64,000 bases of DNA from Akkermansiaceae bacterium (lineage in GTDB: Bacteria; Verrucomicrobiota; Verrucomicrobiia; Verrucomicrobiales; Akkermansiaceae). The notes below the pieces were generated by a model. The model did no database searches and was not told where the DNA came from. It saw nothing but the letters and a program-made list of their open reading frames with translations. The position numbers and the translations under genes are program-made. Numbering within the stretch: the stretch's first letter is position 1; every line of letters begins with the position of its first letter. This document shows positions 9,118 through 19,528 of the stretch, one piece after another. The stretch is taken from positions 1 to 64,000 of the forward strand of contig JBPOGF010000004.1 in assembly GCA_051251915.1 (NCBI GenBank), in the 5' to 3' direction.

Positions 9118-10128
9118 ATGATGAAATTACATAACGCCATGTGGCCGGGAGTCGTAGGAAAAGATGATGACTCGGATCAGCCAACGATCTCGCTTGATAA
9201 GATGCTAGACTTCACAACTAATGCTTCAGTCGACGGGAAGAAGTATGATGGTGTGGATTTATTTTTATATCACTCGCATGTGGACCCTGAGGCGTCTGAT
9301 GATGCGATACGTGCGATGGCGGATAAGATAGCGGAGAAGGGCTTGAATATTGGGACCTTGGTGGCGCCGGTATGGCCTGGGACGATGGGTGGGTCAGCAT
9401 TTGGGGCGAAGGAAGAGCGTGATAATTTCCTGAAAGCGATCAGTTATGCTTGTAGGGTGTCTGGGATACTGAGGGAGCATGGTGCGCGGAAGTATGGGGT
9501 TATCAGAATGGACTCTGCGGGTAATCCGGAGGAATTTTCGAAGAATGAGCTTGGTAATACGAAGTTGCTGGCGAATACGTTTCGTGAGGCGGGTAAGATA
9601 GCTGGCGGGCATGGTGAGCGGCTGGCGGCGGAGGGTGAGATATGCTGGGGTGGAATGCACTCATGGAAGCATATGATTGATACGCTGGAGGAGACTGGGA
9701 CTCCGGATACGGTGGGATTTCAGGCGGACTTGGCGCACACTTATCTGTATCTGTTAGGTTATAATGCGCCGGAGCATACGCTTTTGAATGAGGGGTATAG
9801 TGATGAGGAATTCTGGCACGCTTATAAAATTCTAACTGATAAGTTACGTCCGTGGACGATTGATTTTCATGTGGCACAGAATGATGGGTCGGTGCATGGT
9901 TCTGGTTCTCATGATAAGACTGGGCGTCATTGTTTAGCGGATGATCCGAAAGGGTTGCTAGATATTACGCGCTGCTCGAAGATGTGGCTTAAGGATTATG
10001 AGGAACGAGGGATAGAGCATATTTGCTGGGATGGGTGTATGTTTGACAACAGTATTTTAGAGGATGGGAAGACTTGGGATACGATCTTGGCGGCGATGCT
10101 GGATGTGCGTGCTGGTTTGGAATCATAA
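9118..10128 (+). CDS. xylose isomerase-like TIM-barrel protein (possible D-apiose isomerase family)
   Basis: 'KLHNAMWPG' N-terminus and metal ligands 'AAEGE', 'DLAH', 'DFHV'. ATG 9118 preferred over TTG 9058. Confidence 0.7.
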   Translation: MMKLHNAMWPGVVGKDDDSDQPTISLDKMLDFTTNASVDGKKYDGVDLFLYHSHVDPEASDDAIRAMADKIAEKGLNIGTLVAPVWPGTMGGSAFGAKEERDNFLKAISYACRVSGILREHGARKYGVIRMDSAGNPEEFSKNELGNTKLLANTFREAGKIAGGHGERLAAEGEICWGGMHSWKHMIDTLEETGTPDTVGFQADLAHTYLYLLGYNAPEHTLLNEGYSDEEFWHAYKILTDKLRPWTIDFHVAQNDGSVHGSGSHDKTGRHCLADDPKGLLDITRCSKMWLKDYEERGIEHICWDGCMFDNSILEDGKTWDTILAAMLDVRAGLES

Positions 10129-10154
10129 TTTAACTATTAGAGAATATAGAAACG

Positions 10155-10994
10155 ATGAGTGATATAAAATTTGGAGCTGAGATTTACACCTGGTTTATGG
10201 ATGGCTATGGTGAGGGGAATAAGAATAAGTTAGGCCACATGGCGGATGTGGTGGGTAAGGCAGGATTCAAAGGTATAGAGCCGATGGTGCTGGAGCCTTA
10301 TGATGACTATTGGATGGGGGATTATAAAGATCCGGCTAAGCTTAAGGATGCTTTGGATGAAGCGGGGATAGAGCTTGCGGCGTTGGCATTGATTTGTAAG
10401 TGGGATGGGGAAGAGGAGACTGAGTCTGAGCGTATCTGTGCGGACTGGACGATAGAGATGTTGAAGCATTTTCCTGGTGCTGCATTGGGGACTGTGCCAC
10501 TTCCTGATGGGCGGAAGAATTTGCAACAGCGTAGATTGAATTTAGTGAATAATGTGAATAGGGTATCGCGCAGGGCGGCGGATGCTGGGTTGACTTGTTC
10601 ATTTCATCCGAACTCGCCTCCGGGGTCGCTGGTGCGGACTCAGGATGATTATGATGTGGTTTTGAATTCACTTGATCCTGCGGTTACTGGGTGGACGCCG
10701 GATGTGGGGCACATTATTCGTGGTGGGATGGATATTATTGGGACGATGACGAAGTGGCAGCATTTGATTAACCACATCCATTACAAAGATTATTCTGGCA
10801 ATGGGCCTGAGCCTTGGGCGCAGATGGGTGAGGGGAAAGTTGATTTCCACAAGGTCACAGAGTTCTTGGTGGAGAGAGATTATAAGGGGTGGATTATTTG
10901 TGAGGATGAATGTGAGCTGGCGATTAGTCAGCCGGATGAGGTGACTTTGCAGAATGGTAAGTGGTGTAATGAGGAATTGTTGCCGTTGGTCTAG
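10155..10994 (+). CDS. sugar phosphate isomerase/epimerase (IolE/AP-endonuclease-2 TIM barrel)
   Basis: 'FHPN', 'DVGH', 'HIHYKD', 'MGEGKVDF', 'YKGWIICEDE' motifs. Confidence 0.85.
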   Translation: MSDIKFGAEIYTWFMDGYGEGNKNKLGHMADVVGKAGFKGIEPMVLEPYDDYWMGDYKDPAKLKDALDEAGIELAALALICKWDGEEETESERICADWTIEMLKHFPGAALGTVPLPDGRKNLQQRRLNLVNNVNRVSRRAADAGLTCSFHPNSPPGSLVRTQDDYDVVLNSLDPAVTGWTPDVGHIIRGGMDIIGTMTKWQHLINHIHYKDYSGNGPEPWAQMGEGKVDFHKVTEFLVERDYKGWIICEDECELAISQPDEVTLQNGKWCNEELLPLV

Positions 10995-11169
10995 GATTGG
11001 CTGCTAGGGTAGCTAATCAAATGTTTCCTGTTGTTTTATTCTTGTGGAGTACAATGCAAGTGATTTAACGATAGTAGATTGTGGTGATGATGAGCTATGG
11101 AAATTTAAGCTTGGTAAGTGATCTGAATGTCAGCTAGGGTTATATTAATTCTACTGTTCTACTAAAAAT

Positions 11170-11562
11170 ATGATGTCACTGATGCTCGAAGATCCACTGT
11201 GCTTTCTAGCCTTCTGCTTGTTGCTTCTATACTTGCAAGATTTAGTGAGTTTTCTTATAAGACGATCAACAGATAACATTAGAAAATATCATTACTGGGT
11301 CGAGAACGTTGACAGCAAATATTCTAGATCAAAAAAATTTAGCATTGTTCAGCTCAGTGAGGCATACCTCCCTGGTTGGCTCATCATTATCGGTAACTTT
11401 CCAAGATACTTGAATACAGCATTATTAATTGTAGCCATCAGATTTCTGCCTGCAGGATGGGCATTTTGGATGCTAATGCTTGTTGTTGCATCACTTTCTG
11501 TACTTGAGTATTTAGTTTCACAGATTCTGAAATCGTGGTGTAGAAGACGAAATATCCAATGA
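11170..11562 (+). CDS. hypothetical membrane protein
   Basis: 130-aa hydrophobic ORF; AT-rich relative to its neighbours. Confidence 0.45.
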   Translation: MMSLMLEDPLCFLAFCLLLLYLQDLVSFLIRRSTDNIRKYHYWVENVDSKYSRSKKFSIVQLSEAYLPGWLIIIGNFPRYLNTALLIVAIRFLPAGWAFWMLMLVVASLSVLEYLVSQILKSWCRRRNIQ

Positions 11563-11706
11563 AACCTAAACAAAATGGCTAACAAGATGGAGTGGTGATG
11601 GGAGGTAGTTGTAGCGCTGACGTCGCTGAACTTGGTTGATTGGCTTGGTGGATGTTGTGGGAACATTCTTCTTGCTAGCTTATTGGTGGGGGGGTAGTGT
11701 TTTAGG

Positions 11707-12609
11707 ATGAAATGGACTGTTCTTTATTCGTTGCTGGTGCTTGGTAGGCTTGGTGCTCAAGATGGGGTGATGGCTGCTGAGAAAGTAGTGGAGCTGACGG
11801 AGGCTGAGCAGGGGAATCTGGATTTGAGTGCTGGGTTTCCTAAGGTGGCGATGCGGGAGGATGTTGAAAAGTTTGATGTTGAGTTGCTAAAGGGTGCTGC
11901 TGATAAGGGGAGTTATATGGCGCAGTTTTATCTTGGGAAGCGGGCTTATTTTAATGGGGCTTATAAGGATGCTTTGGGTTGGTATGAGAAGTCTGCGGCA
12001 TTAGGTTATTCTGCTGCGATGGTGAATATGGGTTCTATTTATCAGCATGGGTTGGCGGATGAGGGGAAGTCAGATTATGCGAAGGCGATTGAATTTTATG
12101 GTAAGGCGGGGGATCTTGGGCATTCTACTGGATTTCATAATTTGGCGTGTATGTATAGGGATGGTTTAGGGGTGGAGGTGGATCTGGGGAAGGCACTGGA
12201 TTTTTTTGTTCTCGCTTCAGGGCTGGGCCATGCGGATGCGACGAGTGAGGTGGGGACGTTTTATGAGCAGGGGCGAGGGGTTGAGGTGAAGCCTGTGTTG
12301 GCGGTGAGGTATTATGAAAAAGCGATAGAGAATGGTTCTGTTGTGGCTATTTCAAATCTTGGGGCTTGTTATATTAATGGGACTGGTGTGGAGGTGGATC
12401 AGAGGAAGGCGGTGGCGTTATTCCGTGAGTCTGCGGGGAAGTCTTGTCCGCATGGGACGCGGATGTTGGGTTTGTGTTATGAGGAAGGGTTCGGGGTTGA
12501 GCAGGATATGGAGGAGGCGAAGAGGTGGTTTCAGAAGGGGGTTGATCTGAGGGATGTTAGGTCGAAGGGGTTTCTGAGAGAGCTTCTTGAGGGTGAGGCG
12601 GAAGAATAA
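11707..12609 (+). CDS. Sel1-like repeat protein, secreted
   Basis: Repeated 'LG..Y..G.GV..D..KA...F..AA..G' units; signal peptide. Confidence 0.9.
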   Translation: MKWTVLYSLLVLGRLGAQDGVMAAEKVVELTEAEQGNLDLSAGFPKVAMREDVEKFDVELLKGAADKGSYMAQFYLGKRAYFNGAYKDALGWYEKSAALGYSAAMVNMGSIYQHGLADEGKSDYAKAIEFYGKAGDLGHSTGFHNLACMYRDGLGVEVDLGKALDFFVLASGLGHADATSEVGTFYEQGRGVEVKPVLAVRYYEKAIENGSVVAISNLGACYINGTGVEVDQRKAVALFRESAGKSCPHGTRMLGLCYEEGFGVEQDMEEAKRWFQKGVDLRDVRSKGFLRELLEGEAEE

Positions 12610-12649
12610 GTTATTTATTTAAGCTCGGTAGACTCTAAGATAAGAGGAA

Positions 12650-14422
12650 ATGAAATTTAACCCAAAACTGCTTAACTCTCCGCTGGATGCGGCGGATGAA
12701 CTGATCGATGGTTTGGTGGAGGCGTATAATGGGGAGTGCTATAAGGTGGGGACACGGTCGATAGTGAAGAGTCAAATTGCTGCTGATAAGGTTGGGTTGC
12801 TGGTGGGTGGCGGGGCTGGGCATGAGCCGATTTACCATGCGATGATAGGGAGGAATATGGCTGATGGGGCGGCTTGTGGGGATATTTTTGCTGCGCCTGC
12901 TCCGCATATAGTTTCTGAGGCTGCGCTGGCGGTGGACCAGGGGAATGGGGTGTTGTTTCTGTATGGGAATTATGCTGGGGATATTATGAATTTTAATCTG
13001 GGGGCTGAGATGGCGGAGGATGCGGGGGTGGCTACGCGGACGGTATTGATCGCGGATGATGTGGCGTCTGCACCGCCGGAGAGGAAGGGTGACCGGCGTG
13101 GGATAGCGGGATTGGTGCCGATAGTGAAAATAGCTGGGGCGGCGTCTCAGGATGCGGAGGATCTGGATGCGCTGGCGGAGGTGGTGGAGAGAGCTTGCTT
13201 GCAGACTAGGTCTGTGGGGGCGGCGATGGCGCCGGGGTCGATTCCGGCGACGGGGACTCCTACGTTTGAGTTAGATGAGGGGATGATAGGGTTGGGAATG
13301 GGGATACATGGTGAGGCGGGGGTGGAGGATATTCCGATGACTACGGCGGCTGATCTTACTCCTAGAATGTTGGATCTGATTGTGGCGGATTTTGAGAATG
13401 ATGGTGATGTGGAGGCTCTGGCAGCTGGGGACTCGATTGTGTTTCTTATCAATTCGCTGGGAGCTACGACGATGATGGAGTGTCTGGTGTGTATGCGGTC
13501 TGCGGCGGTGTATTTTGAGGAGCGTGGGGTTGAGATTTTTGATGTGATGGTAGGGCCGTTTGTGACTTGTCAGGAGATGGCGGGGATTTCATTTTCTGTG
13601 ATGCGGGTGGATGATGAGCTGAAGAGGCTTTGGTCGATGCCTTGCCAGTCATTTTGCTATTCTAAGATGCAGGGGCCTTTGGATGCTGTGGGGGAGTGTG
13701 GAGCTGGGGAGGTGAGGGCTGGAGCTGGGGCTGTGGTTAAGAAATCTGGGGCGAGGGAGGGACGGGTAATGGTAGATTTTTCTCATTCGGATGCTGGGCT
13801 GACGGTGGAGGAGGCTAGGGAGATGTTGTTATTGGTGGCGGATAGGGTTATTGAGGCTGAACCGATTCTTTCACAGGCGGATAGGGATCTGGGTGATGGT
13901 GATCATGGGCTGGGGATGAAGCGTGGATTTAGTGCTCTTAGGGAGAATCTGGCGGGTGTTGAGTTTGTGAGCTTGCGAGAGCTTTTTCAGTGTGCGGGGT
14001 CGTCATTGTTGACGACGATGGGTGGGGCGTCTGGGGTGGTGTTTGGCTCGCTTTTTCTGGCTGGTGATAAGACGATGGAGGGGGCTGAGTATTTTGGGTC
14101 TCATGAGTTGGCGCATTTGCTTGATCAGTCGCTTAAGGATGTGATGAAACGGGGTGGGGCGAAGCCTGGGGATAAGACGATGTTGGATGCATTGGCTCCG
14201 GCTGCGGTGGTTGCTGGTGAGTTGATAGATCTGCCTATTTCAGAATCGATGGTAAAAGTAGCTGAGGCTGCGGATAGTGGGAAAGAAGCAAGTAAGGGGA
14301 TGTTGGCGACGATGGGGAGGGCTAAGACTCTGGGAGAAAAGACGATAGGGCTTACTGATGCGGGTGCTATTTCGGTGTCTATTATTTTGTCGACTATGGA
14401 GCAGTTCATTGGTGAATTGTAA
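12650..14422 (+). CDS. dihydroxyacetone kinase family protein, fused DhaK (Dak1) + DhaL (Dak2)
   Basis: 'GGGAGHEP', 'NYAGD', 'DDVAS', 'RRGIAG', 'GMGIHGE', then 'GDGDHG', 'GGASG', 'GDKTMLDAL'. Confidence 0.9.
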   Translation: MKFNPKLLNSPLDAADELIDGLVEAYNGECYKVGTRSIVKSQIAADKVGLLVGGGAGHEPIYHAMIGRNMADGAACGDIFAAPAPHIVSEAALAVDQGNGVLFLYGNYAGDIMNFNLGAEMAEDAGVATRTVLIADDVASAPPERKGDRRGIAGLVPIVKIAGAASQDAEDLDALAEVVERACLQTRSVGAAMAPGSIPATGTPTFELDEGMIGLGMGIHGEAGVEDIPMTTAADLTPRMLDLIVADFENDGDVEALAAGDSIVFLINSLGATTMMECLVCMRSAAVYFEERGVEIFDVMVGPFVTCQEMAGISFSVMRVDDELKRLWSMPCQSFCYSKMQGPLDAVGECGAGEVRAGAGAVVKKSGAREGRVMVDFSHSDAGLTVEEAREMLLLVADRVIEAEPILSQADRDLGDGDHGLGMKRGFSALRENLAGVEFVSLRELFQCAGSSLLTTMGGASGVVFGSLFLAGDKTMEGAEYFGSHELAHLLDQSLKDVMKRGGAKPGDKTMLDALAPAAVVAGELIDLPISESMVKVAEAADSGKEASKGMLATMGRAKTLGEKTIGLTDAGAISVSIILSTMEQFIGEL

Positions 14423-14606
14423 GATGGACTCTTAAAAACTTACCTCTAGTTGTGAGGTAGTTTATGGATTTGATGGGTATTTTTTGCGATTGTTAGTTAT
14501 CCATCGTGTGTTCTGTATAGCTTAGCCATTCTAGTCTAGTGGATTATTCTTGATAAATGGGATATATTGTCTTTTAATCAATTTAAACTAAGAATGCTCA
14601 ACCCCC

Positions 14607-15515
14607 ATGAAACAGAATAACATACTATTGGTTCTCACTGGTATCATTATAGCTTCGCCATTATCCGCGCAGACGTTTAGTAATTTGAATTTTGACTTTA
14701 GTGAATATGCCTTCAGTACAGGAACAATATCAGGGTCTACAGGTTTTAATCTGATCAATGATACAACTGGTGCCGAATTAATTTCAGATAATGGTGATTT
14801 AGATGATCTAACTATAACGATTACAACTAGCATTCCATCCAATGCTGCGGGAGCTCATGCGGATGCTGAAATTACATCAGGTGGGCTAGTGTCTAACCAT
14901 GGTTGGGGCAATACATTTGCTAATACTTACTCAGCAGCAACTCCTAATAATCCAGGAACTTTGATCAAGCAGACGATCCGGATGTCATTTGCAAATCACC
15001 TATCCATTCAAGATTTCGAGACGGATTTCAGGAGTTTGAATACAAGGGGGATTACATGGGAGCATACTGAGTTAGCTTATTTGAAGAAGGACGGAAGTTA
15101 CTTTACAGCAGCTCCTGCGGTGGGAGATTATCTTTCATGGCAGGCCGCGGCAGCAGCGGAGCAAGGATCACCTTCTCAAGGGTGGTGGCTAGCAGCTTCT
15201 ACTGGGACAGTGACGAACGTTGGCACGGTTACGACAGTTGCAGGGTCTAACGGTTCATTGGAAAACATGACTAATACTGGTGGAACTAATGACACCATGA
15301 CTTATAGTGATGTTGGGTTAGCGGCTGGAACTGAGGTTGGTGGGTTTGAGTGGACAGTTTATCTCTATGATAATCGTGGACAGGATAATAATCAAACTAA
15401 CTGGACGGTCACACAAAATTTCTTTGAGATAACGGGAGAAGTAGTGCCAGAGCCGAGCTCTGCGATGTTACTCGGTCTTGGAAGTATGACTTTGCTTCTT
15501 AGAAGAAAGAAGTAG
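14607..15515 (+). CDS. PEP-CTERM sorting domain protein
   Basis: Signal peptide; C-terminus VPEPSSAMLLGLGSMTLLLRRKK. Confidence 0.9.
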   Translation: MKQNNILLVLTGIIIASPLSAQTFSNLNFDFSEYAFSTGTISGSTGFNLINDTTGAELISDNGDLDDLTITITTSIPSNAAGAHADAEITSGGLVSNHGWGNTFANTYSAATPNNPGTLIKQTIRMSFANHLSIQDFETDFRSLNTRGITWEHTELAYLKKDGSYFTAAPAVGDYLSWQAAAAAEQGSPSQGWWLAASTGTVTNVGTVTTVAGSNGSLENMTNTGGTNDTMTYSDVGLAAGTEVGGFEWTVYLYDNRGQDNNQTNWTVTQNFFEITGEVVPEPSSAMLLGLGSMTLLLRRKK

Positions 15516-15647
15516 CCTGCTTGGATTGGGATTTTATTGGATCTCAGAAACACTCTGTTCATTATTAGAAGCGTTCCTAGTAAGTGGTTCGTATTTTCTG
15601 CGATTGTTGGCTTTTCAAGGTAGAGGGAATGGTTTAGCGTATCGGCA

Positions 15648-16358
15648 ATGCTGAAATTTATCGATCAGGGAGGCCCATTTGTTTGGGTGCTGTTAGCGCT
15701 GTCATTCGCGGGAATGATGATTGCGCTGGAGAAGATTATCTTTTTCCAACGCACCAAAATCCACGTGGGAGATCTGATGCTGGGATTGGCGAATCATATA
15801 CGTAAGGGTGCACATAGTGAGGCACTTCGTGAGGCGGCTCGTGCTCCAGGGTCTATTCCGAGAGTGGCTCATGCGGCGTTGATGCGGCATTATTTGCCTA
15901 GGGCTGATTTGCGTGATATTGCGATGGAGGCTGGTCAGTTGGAGGTTCCTCGGATTGAGAAAAATTTACGTGGGTTGTATACTGTGGCGTTGATCGCTCC
16001 TCTGGTGGGGATGCTGGGCACGGTGAATGGATTGATTGAGACCTTTGTGAAGATGAGTAATAGTAGTGGGTTGAGTTCTAATTTGGACATGGCGAAGGGG
16101 ATTTATGAGGCATTGATCACTACTGGGCTTGGCTTGTTAGTTGCGGTTCCGGCATACTTGTTTTATTTGTATTTTGTGGGTAGGGCGAAGCGTCTGGTGC
16201 ACCGTATCGAGCGTGGGGCGATAGAGATAGTGAACATTATTTGTGATGAGCGAGAGGCTCCGAAGGAAGTGGTGGTTGAGGAGAAAACTGCTGAAGCTGT
16301 TGTGGCGGAGAAACCTAAAAAGGCGGGAACGAAGGCGTCTAAAAATTCTAAATCATGA
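15648..16358 (+). CDS. MotA/TolQ/ExbB proton channel family protein
   Basis: 'APLVGMLGTVNG' and 'GIYEALITTGLGL.VAVPA'. Confidence 0.9.
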   Translation: MLKFIDQGGPFVWVLLALSFAGMMIALEKIIFFQRTKIHVGDLMLGLANHIRKGAHSEALREAARAPGSIPRVAHAALMRHYLPRADLRDIAMEAGQLEVPRIEKNLRGLYTVALIAPLVGMLGTVNGLIETFVKMSNSSGLSSNLDMAKGIYEALITTGLGLLVAVPAYLFYLYFVGRAKRLVHRIERGAIEIVNIICDEREAPKEVVVEEKTAEAVVAEKPKKAGTKASKNSKS

Positions 16359-16774
16359 AGCTAGAGATGTCATTACCTCAGAGGCCGGGACTGATCTACA
16401 CGATGCCTGTGTTAGATATTTTGGTGTTGGTATTGGTGTTTCCGTTGTTGGGGTCGTCGTTCACGACTGATGCTGGGATTGAGCTGAGTTTGCCGGATAC
16501 TGGGCATCGTTTTGATAGGATGGAGCATAGCATTGTGGTGACTGTGAAGGGCACGACTGAGAGGCAGATCTTTATTAACCGTAGACTGGTCAAGGAGAGA
16601 GATATGCTTGAGGAGCTGGCTAAGGAGGCGGTGAGCTGGCAGGGTGGAGGTGCTGTGGGGATTATTTTCCGAGTGGATAAACGTGTTCCGAGTGGATATA
16701 AGACTAGGATAGGGGATAAACTATTAGCGGAAGGATACCGGGTCTATGATGCGGGTAATCCTGCGAGTAAGTGA
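16355..16774 (+). CDS. ExbD/TolR family protein
   Basis: 'MPVLDILVLVLVF' TM with conserved Asp; ATGA overlap with the ExbB-like gene. Confidence 0.85.
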   Translation: MKLEMSLPQRPGLIYTMPVLDILVLVLVFPLLGSSFTTDAGIELSLPDTGHRFDRMEHSIVVTVKGTTERQIFINRRLVKERDMLEELAKEAVSWQGGGAVGIIFRVDKRVPSGYKTRIGDKLLAEGYRVYDAGNPASK

Positions 16775-17583
16775 TGTTATTTTCGAAGGAAAAGAGGCTG
16801 CAACGAGATAGGAATGCTGGATTGGTATTCCGCTGGAGGGGTGGCTATGGATTGAATAGGGGTGGGTCAACGATTGCGTTTGTGATGACGTCGATGATTT
16901 TTGCTGCGGGTTTCGTCATGCTTAATGTGTATGCAAAGCCAAATACGGTGCCGAGCAGATACCGCGCGACGATGATCCAGCTTGGTGAAATGGATGATGA
17001 TCTTACTTGGTGGGTGGAGAAAAACTCGCCGAATCTGCCATTGTGGTCAGGGAATGATGATGAGCCAAGTGATGCGCGGGTGAGTGAGTTGCTGAGGGAG
17101 GAAATTTATGATGCTCATGGTGGAACTTACCGGTATGAGGATGTGGAGATGCAGCAGATAGAAGTGGCAAACGAGGAGGTGTATTCGCTTAGGACGAGGT
17201 CGCTGCCTTCTTTGCGTCGATTTAGTGTCGATCAGGGTGATGGGGTGGAGGTAATGGGATGGAAATTATTAGTGACTGGTGAGGCGGGGTTGGAGGAGAG
17301 GTTGCCTGCTGATTTGGATTATGGGGATGAGATTCCTGCGAACTGGCGGGGTAATTCAGCTAGATTTATTGTGGCGGTGGATGCTGGGGGTAAGGTTTTG
17401 AGTGTGAATCCGTCTGAGTGGACTGAGGATGAAGTGGTGAGAGGGTTTGAGGATTGGATTCAGGCGATTTCATTTAAGCCAGTAAAAGGCGAAGGGGAGG
17501 AAGCGGTGCAGATAGTGACAGGGGTGATTACTCTTAGTCTAGACGCGGTAGTCAAAACAGCGGAGCAGGAGGTGCAGCCATGA
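16771..17583 (+). CDS. single-TM protein, possibly TonB/TolA-like energy transducer
   Basis: One N-terminal TM; C-terminal 'ARFIVAVDAGGKV...ISFKP' resembles TonB_C; coupled to exbBD. Confidence 0.45.
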   Translation: MMLFSKEKRLQRDRNAGLVFRWRGGYGLNRGGSTIAFVMTSMIFAAGFVMLNVYAKPNTVPSRYRATMIQLGEMDDDLTWWVEKNSPNLPLWSGNDDEPSDARVSELLREEIYDAHGGTYRYEDVEMQQIEVANEEVYSLRTRSLPSLRRFSVDQGDGVEVMGWKLLVTGEAGLEERLPADLDYGDEIPANWRGNSARFIVAVDAGGKVLSVNPSEWTEDEVVRGFEDWIQAISFKPVKGEGEEAVQIVTGVITLSLDAVVKTAEQEVQP

Positions 17584-17822
17584 TTGAAATGAATTTTGAG
17601 GAGTTTAGCTTATTCATCGTTTCTGGATGTGTGTTGTTGATGGGCTTGCTGTTATTTGCGCATTCGATCCGGTCTAGAAGCTACCGGAGGAAACGTTACC
17701 ATCAGGTGGTGCAGTGTCCGGTGTGTGGTGAGGTTTTTGATGATAGGAGCGCAGTGAAGATGCCAGAATGCAAAGGTTGTGGGAGGAAAACCATTAGGGG
17801 TTATGATAAGAGCTTGGGATAG
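17580..17822 (+). CDS. small membrane-anchored Zn-ribbon protein
   Basis: TM segment then CPVC...CKGC. Confidence 0.65.
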   Translation: MIEMNFEEFSLFIVSGCVLLMGLLLFAHSIRSRSYRRKRYHQVVQCPVCGEVFDDRSAVKMPECKGCGRKTIRGYDKSLG

Positions 17823-17941
17823 TCCTTAGCTGGAGTTATTTGTGTCGCTGTGACGTTGGGGGCACGTTTTTGCGTTATCTAGCTTGCACTATGTGAAAAA
17901 TCTTCGATAATTCTGAGAAGAATCGAAGCACAACCAAATTT

Positions 17942-19189
17942 ATGAACGAGCGCAGAGTAGTAATCACAGGAATCGGGGCGATCAGTCCACTAGGGAATGA
18001 TCTCCAGAGCACATGGGACGGCCTTAAGGCTGGCCGTAGCGGAATCAGTAAAATCACTAAGATGGATACTGAAGGTTATTCTGTGCATATTGGTGGTGAG
18101 GTAAAGGGGTTTGATCCTAAGCCTTATTTTAATGATGCTAAAGATGCTCGCCGTGCTGATGAATACACGCTGTTAGCGTTTGGAGCGTCTAAAATGGCGA
18201 TGGAAGATTCAGGTTTGGATCCAGACGCTGTTGATAAGTCACGCGTTGGCGTGATGGTGGGTAGTGGAATCGGCGGACTAGGGACACTGGAGCGTGAGCA
18301 TGAGAAGCTTATCAAGCGTGGACCGGGGAAGGTTTCTCCATTCGTGATTCCGATGATGATTTCTAACATTGCTAGTGGCATGATCAGTATGGAGTATGGC
18401 TTTGGTGGACCGAATATGGTGATCGTGACTGCTTGTGCGACAGCGAATCACAATATTGGTGAGGCTTGGAGAATGATTAAATTTGGTGATGCTGATGCCT
18501 TTATTGCGGGGGGTGCTGAGTCTACGATCTTACCGATGGGACTCTCTGGCTTCTCTAACATGCGCGCACTTTCGACTAGAAATGATGATCCTGAGAGTGC
18601 CTCACGTCCGTTTGATGTTGGCAGAGATGGCTTTGTCATGGGTGAGGGTGCAGGTGTGGTAATTATCGAGGAACTAGAGCACGCTAAGGCGCGTGGTGCT
18701 AAAATTTATGCAGAGGTCACTGGTTATGGTGTTAGTTCAGATGCTTATCACATGACTTCTCCGCATCCAGAGGGTGAGGGGGCTAGCCGTTGTATTGATA
18801 TGGCGCTTAAGCATGCGAAGTTGAATCCAGAGGACATCACTTATGTGAACGCGCACGGGACATCGACTCCGATGGGTGATATCTGTGAGACAAAGGCGAT
18901 CAAGAAGAGCTTTGGGGCGTATGCTAAGGATGGGCTCATTGTGAGTTCGACGAAGTCTATGACTGGTCACCTTCTTGGAGCTGCTGGTGGAATTGAGTTA
19001 GCGGCTTGTTTGATGGCGATGAAGGACAGTGTTATTCCTCCTACAATCAACCTTGAGAACCAAGATCCTGACTGTGATCTCGACTACTGTGCTAATGTGG
19101 CGCGTGAAGTGGAAGTGAAAGCGGCATTGAGTAATTCCTTTGGGTTTGGTGGGCACAACGCAAGTTTGTTGGTCCAGAAATTCAGCTAA
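17942..19189 (+). CDS. fabF: beta-ketoacyl-ACP synthase II
   Basis: 'RRVVITGIG', 'TACAT', 'NAHGTST', 'KSMTGHLLGAAG', 'SNSFGFGGHN'. Confidence 0.97.
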   Translation: MNERRVVITGIGAISPLGNDLQSTWDGLKAGRSGISKITKMDTEGYSVHIGGEVKGFDPKPYFNDAKDARRADEYTLLAFGASKMAMEDSGLDPDAVDKSRVGVMVGSGIGGLGTLEREHEKLIKRGPGKVSPFVIPMMISNIASGMISMEYGFGGPNMVIVTACATANHNIGEAWRMIKFGDADAFIAGGAESTILPMGLSGFSNMRALSTRNDDPESASRPFDVGRDGFVMGEGAGVVIIEELEHAKARGAKIYAEVTGYGVSSDAYHMTSPHPEGEGASRCIDMALKHAKLNPEDITYVNAHGTSTPMGDICETKAIKKSFGAYAKDGLIVSSTKSMTGHLLGAAGGIELAACLMAMKDSVIPPTINLENQDPDCDLDYCANVAREVEVKAALSNSFGFGGHNASLLVQKFS

Positions 19190-19265
19190 AATAGGAGCCT
19201 GAAAACTTCTCGCTTGCGGTGAGCGAGGAGATGGGGCAAACTTTTACAAGTCTAAGTCTAAGAGC

Positions 19266-19526
19266 ATGAGCATGAGCAAAAATACCAACAAAACATTCAA
19301 TAAGCACACTAACAACGAGCGCCTTAAGAAAGCTCAAGAGATTGCCTCAAATCCTTCTGCTTACAAGGTGTGTGAGTGTTGTGACTCGATTGTTGGGGCG
19401 GGTTCGGTGACTTGTTCTAACTGCCACGGCTACAGATTTGATGACTCTCAGACACGCGTAGTGGACCAGGCTATTTTCTTGGGAACTCGTAAGAAAACGT
19501 CGGTCACTGCTTCTGATTTAGTGTAG
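19266..19526 (+). CDS. small Cys-rich (Zn-ribbon-like) protein
   Basis: CECC...CSNC; directly precedes pdxA. Confidence 0.65.
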   Translation: MSMSKNTNKTFNKHTNNERLKKAQEIASNPSAYKVCECCDSIVGAGSVTCSNCHGYRFDDSQTRVVDQAIFLGTRKKTSVTASDLV

Positions 19527-19528
19527 TT

